In this document: positions 38,729-48,710 of the stretch, piece by piece | How the letters are laid out: every line of letters begins with the position of its first letter | Numbering within the stretch: position 1 is the first letter of the stretch | Assembly (NCBI GenBank): GCA_025457915.1 | Contig: JALOTL010000002.1 | Location: 13,692 to 77,691 of the forward strand | DNA: 64,000 bases | Direction: 5' to 3' | DNA from: Spirochaetota bacterium | GTDB lineage: Bacteria > Spirochaetota > UBA4802 > UBA5550 | Made by a program: the position numbers and the translations under genes | Notes under the pieces: model-generated | Database searches by the model: none | The model's input: the letters and a program-made list of their open reading frames with translations, nothing else | Told to the model about the DNA's origin: nothing

Positions 38729-39756
38729 TCCGCCGGGACGGCCGGTTTTTTTCTTTTGATCCTCCCGTTTTCAAGCAGCCAGCGATACGATTTTCTGAAT
38801 GACGCCTCCGCGTCTGTCTTTTTATATCCCAGCTCAGTTTCCGCTTTTTTCGACGAATAGAATTCCTGCCTGCAGACGAGAAGCACCCTGTGCGAACTGA
38901 CCGTAAATGTTGCATTGAATTTTTTCTCGAAAAATCCCATCACCGCCGCCGTAATCCTCATAAGAGTTTCGGGGATGGGGATGATAGGCCTCGGGCAGCC
39001 CGTGATGCCGTGCAGGATCATGTATATTTCCCTGTATGACATGTTTACGCCGCCGAGCAGGTACCTCTCGCCGCTTTTTCCGGAAACGGCCGCGTCAGCG
39101 ACGCAGTCAGCCACGTTTTCAACGTCGGATATCGTTATGCCGCCCCTCGGATAAAACAGGCTCGCGCCGTTTCCGGTGACCCTGAACAGGTTGGTTATGG
39201 CCGATGCCCTGATGTCGTACGGGCCGGTGAGAAGGCCCGGGGAAAGAACAATCACATCCAGTCCCCTGCCGGTATAGGAGAGGGCCAGCCGGTCGGATGC
39301 TATCTTGCTTTTTGTGTACGGGTCACGGACCTCTTCCTGGTCGGCCGGGCCGGTTTCGGAGCCGGGTTTTTCGCGGGTCCCGGATTTTACGGTCTGTATG
39401 GTCGATATCTGGATGAATCTCCTGACGCCGTTTTCAATGCATGCATCGAGCAGGTTGCCGACGCCCCTGATGTTGGTATCCATTTGCTCCTTCTCGCCCT
39501 CCCTGCGGAGGCCGACTACTGCCGCGGCGTTTATTACGCAATCAGCCCCCCCGGTTCCGTTCACGAGGGACGGGAGGTCCGACAGATCTGTTTTGACGAT
39601 TGTGATGCCTGACGGATCGGAAATATATTTTTCGATGAGAGACGCGGCGAATTCCGAATCCCTGACGCCGGCGGTCACTTCATGTCCCCGTTCAATGAGT
39701 TTGATGAGAATATTGAACCCGAGGTGGCCGGTCATGCCTGTCAGGAAAATTTTCAC
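38710..39756 (-). CDS. NAD-dependent epimerase/dehydratase (dihydroflavonol reductase-like SDR)
   Basis: TGMTGHLG, YTKSK. Confidence 0.88.
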   Translation of the reverse strand: MKIFLTGMTGHLGFNILIKLIERGHEVTAGVRDSEFAASLIEKYISDPSGITIVKTDLSDLPSLVNGTGGADCVINAAAVVGLRREGEKEQMDTNIRGVGNLLDACIENGVRRFIQISTIQTVKSGTREKPGSETGPADQEEVRDPYTKSKIASDRLALSYTGRGLDVIVLSPGLLTGPYDIRASAITNLFRVTGNGASLFYPRGGITISDVENVADCVADAAVSGKSGERYLLGGVNMSYREIYMILHGITGCPRPIIPIPETLMRITAAVMGFFEKKFNATFTVSSHRVLLVCRQEFYSSKKAETELGYKKTDAEASFRKSYRWLLENGRIKRKKPAVPADHLNIL

Positions 39757-39810
39757 GGATCGCTCCTTGCCGGATGGATTGTTTCAATGATCAATCTGCA
39801 GTCCTTTTTT

Positions 39811-40581
39811 TCAATCCGGAATTTTAACCCGGGTATTTTTTTTTATTCCGGTGCAGCTTTTTATGAAGCCGAAATTAAGGTTTCTTCCCTCATCGCCGGC
39901 CCTGTATGAATGGAATTCACCGTTATTTTTAAGGGTGCAGATGCCGGAGCAGTAGATATTATCCGGATCAAGTCCTTCATCGACCAGCGAACGATTGATA
40001 TTTTTCCACAGGTCTAGGTATATCCGCCCTTCATGGATCAGGGTGTCCTGTTTGAACTGGACCGCGACGTCTTCATTTACGCTGTATGATTCACCGCTTA
40101 TCGAAGGCAGCAGGAAGGCGCGGATGCCGGAGGGGTCAGAGCCCATTGAAATCAGCATCGAAGCCGCCTTGCCGGTTATGTTCAGCCTGGTGCTCCTCCA
40201 TCCGGAATGGACCGCGGCGAGGATTTTTTTCACCGGGTCGTACAGGAATACCGGCACGCAATCGGCTGTCCTGATTACCAGGCAGAGATCCGGCAGGGCG
40301 GTTATCAGGCCGTCAGCCTCACCGGCCGTCATCGAATCGATTTCCGGATAGGATCCGAGAGTGATTATTCCGTCGCCGTGCATCTGGCTGAGAAACACGA
40401 TGTTCCTGCGTTCTATTCCTGTGGTCCTGTTTATCAACGACTTCTCGTCATCCCTGACCTGCTCACGCGGGGCCGAGTAATCGATGCTGACGGTTTTTTT
40501 CCCCGCGGTCTGTATCACGAGTTCTTTAAACGGGGAATCCAGCACAAAAAAACCGTTACTGTCTTTCATGAACCGGGTCAT
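39811..40581 (-). CDS. pgeF: YfiH/PgeF-family protein
   Basis: QMHG, ADG, TADCVP, HSGWR, CT....F.SYR. Confidence 0.9.
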   Translation of the reverse strand: MTRFMKDSNGFFVLDSPFKELVIQTAGKKTVSIDYSAPREQVRDDEKSLINRTTGIERRNIVFLSQMHGDGIITLGSYPEIDSMTAGEADGLITALPDLCLVIRTADCVPVFLYDPVKKILAAVHSGWRSTRLNITGKAASMLISMGSDPSGIRAFLLPSISGESYSVNEDVAVQFKQDTLIHEGRIYLDLWKNINRSLVDEGLDPDNIYCSGICTLKNNGEFHSYRAGDEGRNLNFGFIKSCTGIKKNTRVKIPD

Positions 40582-41375
40582 AGGGCTATGTCGTATCTCT
40601 TGCGCGACGAGTAGCCGGAGACCTTGACGTATCCGGCTTTCTTTATCATCCTTACCGCGTCCTGGAGGCCGTAATCGACCAGCTCCGGGGAATGGCAGTC
40701 GGTACCGAGGGTGATCGGAACGTTGTTTTCAAAAAAAATTTTAAATATATCATGCGAAGGGTACATCTCGCCGACCGGCTTAAGCAGGCCGGAGGTGTTG
40801 ATTTCGACGGACATGTTTTTCCTGGAGATTTTTTTTACGATTCTTTCGACCGCGGCCCCGTGGTCTTTCTTCGGGCGGTGTCCGAATTTTTTCACCAGGT
40901 CGAAGTGCCCGACGATATCGAAGAGACCGGAATCGACGAGAGTCTCCAGTATCGAATAATAATCACTGTAAACCTCGTCGATGTCCCTTTTGTCGAATTC
41001 ATTGACGAATGCGGGATGGTCGAAAGGCCACTCGTCGATGAAATGGCAGGATCCGATGAGGTAATCTATCCTCCGGTCCTCGAAGTAGCCTTCATCGAAT
41101 TCGCCCCACAGCGGATAATCGACCTCGAAGCCCAGCCTGATCTGCAGCCTGCCTGAATACTCGCCCTTTTTTTCCGTAATCAGCCCGATGTAATGCTCGA
41201 CAGTTCCCGGGTCCATCGTTATCCCCTCCCTGAATGGAAGGGGTATGGGCGCATGGTCGGAAAAGCCGAGCTCAGATATCCCTGATTTTATCGCGGTAAG
41301 AATATAATCGTCCACGGTCCCGGTGGCGTGGCCGCACAGGTGTGTATGGCAGTGATAGTTTTCGGGAAGCATCAA
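40578..41375 (-). CDS. hisJ: Histidinol-phosphatase (PHP/HisJ family)
   Basis: NYHCHT, GFSDH, GFEVD, GSCH, GHFD, EINTSG, GTDCH. Confidence 0.88.
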   Translation of the reverse strand: MMLPENYHCHTHLCGHATGTVDDYILTAIKSGISELGFSDHAPIPLPFREGITMDPGTVEHYIGLITEKKGEYSGRLQIRLGFEVDYPLWGEFDEGYFEDRRIDYLIGSCHFIDEWPFDHPAFVNEFDKRDIDEVYSDYYSILETLVDSGLFDIVGHFDLVKKFGHRPKKDHGAAVERIVKKISRKNMSVEINTSGLLKPVGEMYPSHDIFKIFFENNVPITLGTDCHSPELVDYGLQDAVRMIKKAGYVKVSGYSSRKRYDIAL

Positions 41376-42040
41376 TACCCGTGCCGGGCATAGTAGAATG
41401 ATATATCGGAAAGAATCTCGTAGATTTTGTCCCTCGGGCTGTTCTTTTTTATGAAGAATTTTTCAATTCTTTCGTCATTGCCCGCGGAAACCATGGATAT
41501 CATGTACCACAGCGGATGAATGAAAATTTCATTGCTTTCGCCGGGTTTCTTGATGGTGTCATCGAGCAGGTGTCCCCCCGATATCCTGTCGAGTTCCATC
41601 GATTTGAAGCCGTAAAATCCGTCAATCCGGGACGCGTCGATCATATAGAAATGGGGGCTGAAAAGATACATGACGAGTATCTTTTTTTTCCTGAGGTAGA
41701 GCCCGACCATTTCCACTTCTCCGACCTCTATCAGCTTCGGCCTTATGACGATTTTATCTATTTTGGCGAAGTCGCCGGTCCTCGGGTAGAACGACAGAAG
41801 GTTCCTTACCTTGTCCGGGCCGTATAGTATCGGGGGACTGCCGGGATAACCGAGGTGGGGGTGTATTATTTCTATGGAACCGGATTCATGCTTAAACATG
41901 TCCTTGAGATAAAGACGGTCGAATCTTGAATTGAGAATGGAATCTATGTCCCTGCTAATGTCTTCATCGATATTTTCTATCCTGTGGTTCAACTCGGATT
42001 CATAATAATAGTTGTTGCAGTATTCTTTGATATCGAACAT
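41372..42040 (-). CDS. Hypothetical protein
   Basis: 222-aa ORF overlapping the hisJ start, so probably in the same operon. Confidence 0.65.
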   Translation of the reverse strand: MFDIKEYCNNYYYESELNHRIENIDEDISRDIDSILNSRFDRLYLKDMFKHESGSIEIIHPHLGYPGSPPILYGPDKVRNLLSFYPRTGDFAKIDKIVIRPKLIEVGEVEMVGLYLRKKKILVMYLFSPHFYMIDASRIDGFYGFKSMELDRISGGHLLDDTIKKPGESNEIFIHPLWYMISMVSAGNDERIEKFFIKKNSPRDKIYEILSDISFYYARHGY

Positions 42041-42247
42041 AAAAATGACCCTTCTTGATAGTTTTAATAATATAACAAGCCGGCGGGTGTTTTGTCAAAT
42101 ATTAATGGCCCCGCGGTTAATGCGCTTTTATAACGGCTCCGGTACGATTATTAATTGCTCGGTTTGCAGACCTGTGTCCGATAAATGTAACAGTACTGTA
42201 AACGGCACCCTTTGCAATGCGGCCCCTGAGCGTTGAATTTAAAGGAA

Positions 42248-42525
42248 ATGAAGAAAAATGACTCGTTGAAGGAGCTGATGGGCGTCTCTGTTGTCGGCAG
42301 GTCGATTTCGAAGGATCTTTTTGAAATCGGCATTTAAACCGTTTCCGGTCTGAAGGGAAAGGACCCGGAAAGGCTTTATGAAATGATTAACGAATCGAAG
42401 GGCGGCCGGCAGGACAGGTGCCTTCTGTATGTGATCAGGTGCGCGGTATATTTCGTTTCAGAAGGGAGCTTCTCAAATGGTGGAACTGGAAAGATAAAAA
42501 TCCGCATACGGGGAAAAAATGCTAA
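42248..42525 (+). pseudogene. Cdd1 / pathogenicity-locus HhH-family pseudogene
   Basis: VGRSISKDL.EIGI*TVSGLKGKDPERLY...DRCLLYVIRCAVYF, then a frameshift to ELLKWWNWKD; TAA at 42335-42337. Confidence 0.8.
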
Positions 42526-42550
42526 AGAAAATCCCGCGGATTGCCGATAT
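42523..42550 (+). promoter_or_regulatory. sigma28-like promoter
   Basis: TAAAG-N15-GCCGATAT upstream of the FlgM-like small ORF. Confidence 0.55.
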
Positions 42551-42604
42551 TTAGACTGGCCATAGTGTCCTCTCAAGGAGGAGGGGACGTATCGGGAGGT
42601 TGTT

Positions 42605-42769
42605 ATGAAGGATCTCATGAAAAAGGAGGATCGTGAGATAAAGGACGAGGGCGCGTCTGTAGACCCGGACAAGATAAGGGAATTCAAGGAAAAGATCAAG
42701 GACAAGAATTACCTTGATCACGCCATAAACAGAATAGCCACGGATTTATCTCATTATCTGACCAGATGA
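42605..42769 (+). CDS. 54-aa FlgM-like small protein
   Basis: Below the ORF-track cutoff. MKDLMKKEDREIKDEGASVDPDKIREFKEKIKDKNYLDHAINRIATDLSHYLTR; GGAGG SD. Confidence 0.65.
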   Translation: MKDLMKKEDREIKDEGASVDPDKIREFKEKIKDKNYLDHAINRIATDLSHYLTR

Positions 42770-42785
42770 AGAACACTCGAGTTTA

Positions 42786-43871
42786 TTGATGATTGAAAAA
42801 GATTCATATCAGATTTTGATTGAAAAGAAGGGACTCAGGTACCTTTTCTTTTTCATATTCGGCGCGGTAATTCTGGGTCTCGCTTACATATTCCAGATTT
42901 ATTTCTGGCCGTTTCTCGTTGCAGTCATACTGTACCTTGCGATCAAACCCTTCTACGACAGGATCGCGATGCATGTAAAGAGCAAGTCCCTGAGCTCCGC
43001 GATTATTATTCTGCTCCTCTTCGTGCTGTTTTTTGTCCCGTTATTTTTTCTTCTTTTATCCATAGCCGACCAGGCATACCAGCTTTATGTTTATATCGAG
43101 CACAAGTTTGCGGCAGGGCTTTACATGGATTTCATAACCAGTCCTAACGTTGAACACCTGCTCAATGTTCTGAATCTCAATGAAAAGGAAATTGCTTCAA
43201 AGATAACCGAATTTCTCCAGAAGATGTCGGGTTTCATATTTTCCAGTCTGACTGCCGTTGTGTCCTTTCCGTTGAATTTTATAATGAACTTCATTTTCAT
43301 GCTGATGATGCTCTTTGTGCTTCTCAAGGAGGGCCACAGATTTGCCGATGCCTTTTATAAAATTTCACCATTTCCCGACGACATGGAAAAGACCATTGTC
43401 GACAGGCTCAAGCATGTAATAAGGGTCCTTCTTGCCGGTAACATTTTTATAATGATGTCGCAGGGTTTTCTACTGGGACTGGGGCTGTTCATAGCCGGCA
43501 GCAAGGTCTCTGTTTTACTCGGCAGTCTTGGGGCGATCTGTTCGCTGATTCCCGTGGTCGGAACCGCCCTGATATGGGTTCCGTTCGCTGTTTACCTTGC
43601 CGCAACTGGCATGTATATCTGGGCCATTTTCATTTCCATATGGTCACTGGTGTGCTATCTACTCCTTGAAAACTTTCTCAAGCCTAAAATTTTCGGTAGC
43701 AAGCTCAACTTCCACCCCATGGTTTTTTTCTTTCTTCTGCTGGGCAGCATCCAGTCCTTCGGAATGCCTGGCATCATACTGGGTCCGATTCTTCTGACTA
43801 TATTCCATTCATTTTGGGAGATATATAAACTCCTGAAGGGCCTCGATTTTTCCGCGGGCGGCGGGGAATAA
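42786..43871 (+). CDS. AI-2E-family transporter
   Basis: Many TM helices; IPVVGTALIWVP, ENFLKP, FGMPGIILGP. Confidence 0.9.
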   Translation: MMIEKDSYQILIEKKGLRYLFFFIFGAVILGLAYIFQIYFWPFLVAVILYLAIKPFYDRIAMHVKSKSLSSAIIILLLFVLFFVPLFFLLLSIADQAYQLYVYIEHKFAAGLYMDFITSPNVEHLLNVLNLNEKEIASKITEFLQKMSGFIFSSLTAVVSFPLNFIMNFIFMLMMLFVLLKEGHRFADAFYKISPFPDDMEKTIVDRLKHVIRVLLAGNIFIMMSQGFLLGLGLFIAGSKVSVLLGSLGAICSLIPVVGTALIWVPFAVYLAATGMYIWAIFISIWSLVCYLLLENFLKPKIFGSKLNFHPMVFFFLLLGSIQSFGMPGIILGPILLTIFHSFWEIYKLLKGLDFSAGGGE

Positions 43872-44047
43872 TCCGTAAATCCCTGCCGGTCATGATCAAT
43901 GCGGCTTTTTTGATAATTCAGCCTTTCCCTTGTTCCGATAATGAGATTGGACTGTGTCGGATTTTTTCTTGACGCTGTCCCGATGAGTTAATAAATTAAT
44001 TTAACTATGCTGCGGACCGGCTTTCCGGGCATGGTAAAGGCGGAATA

Positions 44048-45277
44048 ATGAAGAAGTGGTCAATAACAGGAGTCAGCGTACTCACGCCGGAAAAATCTAT
44101 AGGCAGGGCCAGCGTCGTGATAAACGGCGAAAGGATAGAAGGCGTAGTAAAGGGTAAATCAAGCCAGCCGGTTTCGGTAAGCCTGGAAAATACCGTGCTT
44201 CTACCGGGATTGATCAATGGACACGACCACCTTCTTGGGACCTATTATCCTAAAATCGGGAACGGCCCTTACGAGAACTGGCTCCCCTGGGACAATGATC
44301 TTAAAAGCGCCCCCCTCTACCAGGAAAGGCAGCAGATAGAGAACAGGGACCTCTATATACTCGGAGCTTACAGAAACCTCGTATCAGGAGTCGCTACCGT
44401 ATCGGACCACATTCCGCATTTCGTGGCCGAGCCGTACTACGACCTCCTTCCAATGAAGGCTATCAGGAACTATTCGCTGGCCCATTCCATAACTTCATTC
44501 GCCCTCAAGTGGGGAGAGGAAATTGACAAGGAATACAAAAAGGCGCTCGACGGGGACATGCCGTTCGTGACGCATTGCTCCGAGGGATTCGACGAGGAGA
44601 CAGCCAGGGACGTTATCACGCTTGATAGAAAGGGCGGGTTGGGCGATCATTCCGTCCTGGTTCACGGCCTGGCCTTTTCCGAGTCCGACATGAAGCTGAT
44701 AAAGCAGAGGGGCGCCTCCGTCGTCTGGTGCGCCGACTCGAACATGTACATGTACAATGAGACGGCCGACGTAAAAATGCTGCTCGACATGGGAATCAAC
44801 GTCTGCATAGGGACCGATTCCCCTGCTTCCGGGGGCCTGAACCTTCTTTATGAATTGAAATACGACAAGGCCCTGTACGAGGAGATTTACGGCGAAGAAC
44901 TGCCGGACAGTACAATTGTAAAAATGGTGACCGTGAATCCGGCGAAGGCCTTCAGGCTGAAGAAGGCCGGCCAGATTGCCGAGGGTTACAGGGCTGATTT
45001 AATAGCCGTAACCGACAGGGGCGGGAGTCCCTATTCATCGGTTGTAAATGCCGAAATGAAGGACATTAGGCTGGTGGTTATAGACGGAAGGCCGGTATAC
45101 GCCGACGCGGAGTATTCATTTGTTTTCGATTCGTTAAAAGTGGATTACCAGAGGATCAGGCTGGGCGGGACCGACAAGGTCATCATTGGCGATCCGGTAG
45201 GGCTGCTCAGAAGGATAAGCAGAGCGGTAGGATTTAAAAAGGAATTCCCTTTTTTACCGGTCTCGTTCGATGTTTGA
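44048..45277 (+). CDS. Metal-dependent amidohydrolase (deaminase-like)
   Basis: PGLINGHDH, THCSEG, LVHG, GTD, MVT.NPA, G..AD. Confidence 0.88.
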   Translation: MKKWSITGVSVLTPEKSIGRASVVINGERIEGVVKGKSSQPVSVSLENTVLLPGLINGHDHLLGTYYPKIGNGPYENWLPWDNDLKSAPLYQERQQIENRDLYILGAYRNLVSGVATVSDHIPHFVAEPYYDLLPMKAIRNYSLAHSITSFALKWGEEIDKEYKKALDGDMPFVTHCSEGFDEETARDVITLDRKGGLGDHSVLVHGLAFSESDMKLIKQRGASVVWCADSNMYMYNETADVKMLLDMGINVCIGTDSPASGGLNLLYELKYDKALYEEIYGEELPDSTIVKMVTVNPAKAFRLKKAGQIAEGYRADLIAVTDRGGSPYSSVVNAEMKDIRLVVIDGRPVYADAEYSFVFDSLKVDYQRIRLGGTDKVIIGDPVGLLRRISRAVGFKKEFPFLPVSFDV

Positions 45278-45621
45278 GTACTGACGGGATGCGGATGTAA
45301 TAATGGCGTTTTTGGCGGATTATATCGCGGATTGCCTTGATTACATCTGCAATTATAAAGATTATTGTCGTTTTAATAAAATTTTACACTTGCCTTTTTA
45401 GGGATTATCATTATCATAAGCAGGGTGAAGTCCCGGCTGTTTCAATTTATCCGGGATAGCGGTTCTGTGTATAATACAGGGATGCTTTCAAGTTTTTTAT
45501 TTTAAAGTATCCTTGCGGGCTCGTCTGATGAAAGGGTCGGTAAGAGGTTTATTATCTGGTCCCCGATTATTCGGGCGGGCTGTTATAAATTTTAAAATGT
45601 ATAAAAGCTGGGGGATATGAA

Positions 45622-46839
45622 ATGGCCAGCGGAACCTCCGCAGATACGGGCATCATATCAAGAAATTACAAATCCGGATCTATCATCTATTTCGAGGGAG
45701 ACAAGAGCGAGTATATTTATATACTCAAGGGCGGAAGGGTGATTCTTACCTCCGTGAAGCTGGATACCGGCGAGGAGATCAAGGAGGAGGTCCGGCAGGG
45801 TGAATTCTTCGGCGTCAAGTCCGCTCTGGGCAAATATCCCAGGGAGGAAACGGCACAGACGATAGGGGATACCATCGTACTGGTGCTCAACCTGGCTGAT
45901 TTCGAGAAGCTGGTCCTTCGAAACGTCAACGTCGTCAGGAAGATGCTCCGTGTTTTCAGCAACCAGTTGAGACGCATCGGGAAAATGCAGAGATCCATCC
46001 TCGGAGGCACCGAGGAAATAAATCCGGACGTCGAGCTTTTCAAGGTCGGCGAATATTATTATAAAAACGGTTCCGTCCAGCACGCGCAGTACGCCTATAA
46101 AAAATACATGGAGTACTATCCGGACGCGCAGTACGCAAAGCTCGCAATGGAAAGGATAAAGGCCATAGCCGCCGGGCAGCCCTATCCTGATGCAAGCCCC
46201 GGACCAAGCGCGCCGCCTCCCAGACGGCCAGTCGAGGATGAGGATGATGATTCGGGTTTCGACGACGATTCAGGCTCCAGGCGCGGCGATGATGATTTTG
46301 ATTCTTTCGACGACGAGAAAGGGGGTTCGTCATCGGCACTTGTCGACGAGATGGACGACTTTGTTTCAGGAGATAAAAAATCCGACCTACAGGATTTCAC
46401 GTTTGACGACTCCGACCTCGTAGAGAGCCTGGACGAATCGGAAGGCGGCTTATCAGTAAAATTCAGCAAGGCCGCCGCCCTTGCCGCCACTTCAAAATTC
46501 GGTGATGCCCTGAAGCTTTACCAGGATATTATGGCGGCCGGAAACGTCAAGGCCCCCCAGGAAAAAAAGCTCCAGGAGGAGGCGCAAATTGAGGCCGGGA
46601 TATGCCAGTCGAAGATGGGGAAAATGAGGGAGGCGCTTGAAACCCTTTCGGGATTTATCAAAAAATTTCCGCAATCTGAAAACGTCAAGAAGGCCATATA
46701 CTACATCGCTGAAATATTCGATAACGCCAAGCAGAGCGACAAGGCGATATCTTATTACAACAGGGTCCTGAACATGACGCCCAAGGATGATTTCAGCAAG
46801 AAGGCCATGAACAGAATCAAACAGCTTCAAAACGGGTGA
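45622..46839 (+). CDS. Cyclic-nucleotide-binding protein with TPRs and an acidic linker
   Basis: cNMP domain (GEFFG...PREETA), TPR, D/E-rich linker, C-terminal TPRs. Confidence 0.85.
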   Translation: MASGTSADTGIISRNYKSGSIIYFEGDKSEYIYILKGGRVILTSVKLDTGEEIKEEVRQGEFFGVKSALGKYPREETAQTIGDTIVLVLNLADFEKLVLRNVNVVRKMLRVFSNQLRRIGKMQRSILGGTEEINPDVELFKVGEYYYKNGSVQHAQYAYKKYMEYYPDAQYAKLAMERIKAIAAGQPYPDASPGPSAPPPRRPVEDEDDDSGFDDDSGSRRGDDDFDSFDDEKGGSSSALVDEMDDFVSGDKKSDLQDFTFDDSDLVESLDESEGGLSVKFSKAAALAATSKFGDALKLYQDIMAAGNVKAPQEKKLQEEAQIEAGICQSKMGKMREALETLSGFIKKFPQSENVKKAIYYIAEIFDNAKQSDKAISYYNRVLNMTPKDDFSKKAMNRIKQLQNG

Positions 46840-47495
46840 TTCAAATGGCTATGATTTTAGACGACAGGTTTTTCGACAAGTTCGGAGTTGAATATTCCCC
46901 GAACGAGATTATTTTCTGCGAGTTCGAACCGGGCAACGAATTTTATTTCGTGCAGTCGGGCAAGATACAGCTCGTCAAACTGATCAACAACAGGGAAAAG
47001 ACGATAGACGTGCTCGGCGACGGTGACGTTCTCGGAGAAATGTCCATTCTTGAAGAGCAGCCCCGGTCGGCCACGGCGATAGCCGTGGATCACGTCAAAT
47101 TGCTGAAGTTCCACAGGGACAATTTTGATGCCCTGATGCAGGGGAACCCGCAGATGGCCTATAAGCTCCTGATCATTTTTTCCAAGAGGATTTATGACGC
47201 TAAAAGAAGGCTCATGATACTGCTCCTGGAGGAGCCGCAGCTGAAGGTCATGGATGTTCTGTGCATGCTGGCGGAAGAGGACCCGCACCTTGACCTGCAG
47301 AACGAGTTAAGCCTCCAGGTAACCCCGCAGCAGGTCGCCAGCTGGGCCGGCATGGCGGAGGTTGACGCTCAAAAAGAATTGACACATTTAAGCCGCCTTG
47401 ACAAAATTGAACTCTACTCCGACAAGATAGTCGTGAGGAAAATCAGGGAGTTTCAGAGGCTGGTCTCATCCAGGCGAAAAAAGATGTTTTCCTGA
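46836..47495 (+). CDS. Crp/Fnr-family regulator
   Basis: GDVLGEMSILEEQPRSATA plus C-terminal winged HTH. Confidence 0.88.
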   Translation: MIQMAMILDDRFFDKFGVEYSPNEIIFCEFEPGNEFYFVQSGKIQLVKLINNREKTIDVLGDGDVLGEMSILEEQPRSATAIAVDHVKLLKFHRDNFDALMQGNPQMAYKLLIIFSKRIYDAKRRLMILLLEEPQLKVMDVLCMLAEEDPHLDLQNELSLQVTPQQVASWAGMAEVDAQKELTHLSRLDKIELYSDKIVVRKIREFQRLVSSRRKKMFS

Positions 47496-47509
47496 TTAAA
47501 TAATGGAAT

Positions 47510-47583
47510 GCTCCCGTAGCTCAGGCGGATAGAGCAGTAGTTTCCTAAACTATTGGCCAGAGGTTCGAGTCCTCTCGGGAGCG
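47510..47583 (+). tRNA. tRNA-Arg(CCT)
   Basis: GCTCCCG/CGGGAGC acceptor stem, anticodon arm GTAGT-ttCCTaa-ACTAT, T-loop GGTTCGAGT; CCA not encoded. Confidence 0.93.
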
Positions 47584-47633
47584 AATGAGAAAGAGCGGTA
47601 TTACAGCCGCTATTTTTTTTTGGGGATGATCCA

Positions 47634-48704
47634 ATGCTGGAAAAGTTGAATGAAATAAAGGAAAAGTACGGCGATATAGAAAGGGAGATGGCCCGGCCGG
47701 ACGTCGTGTCCGACCAGAACCGCTTCAAGAATCTGAACAAGGAATATTCCAGGCTTCAACCCGTTGTTTACAAGTACGATGATTACCTGAAGATGAAGAA
47801 GGAGCTTGACGAAGCGGGTATTCTCATCAAGGAGGAAAAGGACCCGGAGATGAGAGCCATGCTCCAGGCGGAGATCGAAAAGCTGGAAACGTCCATAAAA
47901 AAAAGCGAAGAGGAGCTTCTCGTGCTCCTTCTCCCGAAAGATCCCAATTCTGGCAAGGACATTATCATGGAAATAAGGGCAGGCACCGGGGGGGATGAGG
48001 CAGCGCTGTTCGCCGCGGACCTGTTCAGAATGTATTCAAGGTACATCGATTCCATGGGCTGGGTTATGGAACCCCTGGAGATCGCGAGCACCGGCATCGG
48101 CGGCTACAAGGAGATCATATTCTCGGTCAAGAGCGGGGACGCATACGACTATTTGAAGTATGAGTCCGGGGTCCACAGGGTGCAAAGGATTCCCGTGACC
48201 GAGGCGGGAGGAAGGATCCACACTTCCGCGGTCACGGTTGCCGTTATGGTCGAGGCCGAGGAAAGCGACGTCAAGATAAGCCCGGAGGACGTCAGGATAG
48301 ACGTATACAGGTCATCCGGACACGGGGGCCAGTCCGTAAACACCACGGACTCCGCGGTCCGCATCACCCACATACCGACCGGAATAGTGGTTACCTGCCA
48401 GGATGAGAAATCCCAGCACAAGAACAAGGCGAAGGCTCTGCGCGTTCTGAGGTCAAGGCTCCTTGAAAAAATGAACAGGGAAAGACAGGACAAGGAGGCC
48501 GAGCTGAGAAAATCCCAGGTCGGTTCAGGCGACCGCAGCGAAAGAATAAGGACTTATAATTTTCCCCAATCGAGGGTCACCGACCACAGGATTGGCATGA
48601 CGATGTATTCGCTCGAGAGCTTCATCTCGGGTGAAATTAAAGACATGATCGAGGCCCTCAAGAAAAACGAAATCAGCCAGATACTGGCCGTCATTAATAA
48701 GTGA
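47634..48704 (+). CDS. prfA: Peptide chain release factor 1
   Basis: PVT motif, GGQ, GDRSERIRTYNFPQ. Confidence 0.97.
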   Translation: MLEKLNEIKEKYGDIEREMARPDVVSDQNRFKNLNKEYSRLQPVVYKYDDYLKMKKELDEAGILIKEEKDPEMRAMLQAEIEKLETSIKKSEEELLVLLLPKDPNSGKDIIMEIRAGTGGDEAALFAADLFRMYSRYIDSMGWVMEPLEIASTGIGGYKEIIFSVKSGDAYDYLKYESGVHRVQRIPVTEAGGRIHTSAVTVAVMVEAEESDVKISPEDVRIDVYRSSGHGGQSVNTTDSAVRITHIPTGIVVTCQDEKSQHKNKAKALRVLRSRLLEKMNRERQDKEAELRKSQVGSGDRSERIRTYNFPQSRVTDHRIGMTMYSLESFISGEIKDMIEALKKNEISQILAVINK

Positions 48705-48710
48705 GGCAGG

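Noticed and set aside
47584-47633. tRNA-Arg or tRNA-Thr as integration sites
   Set aside because: No duplicated tRNA 3' ends were noticed, and housekeeping genes follow both tRNAs directly.
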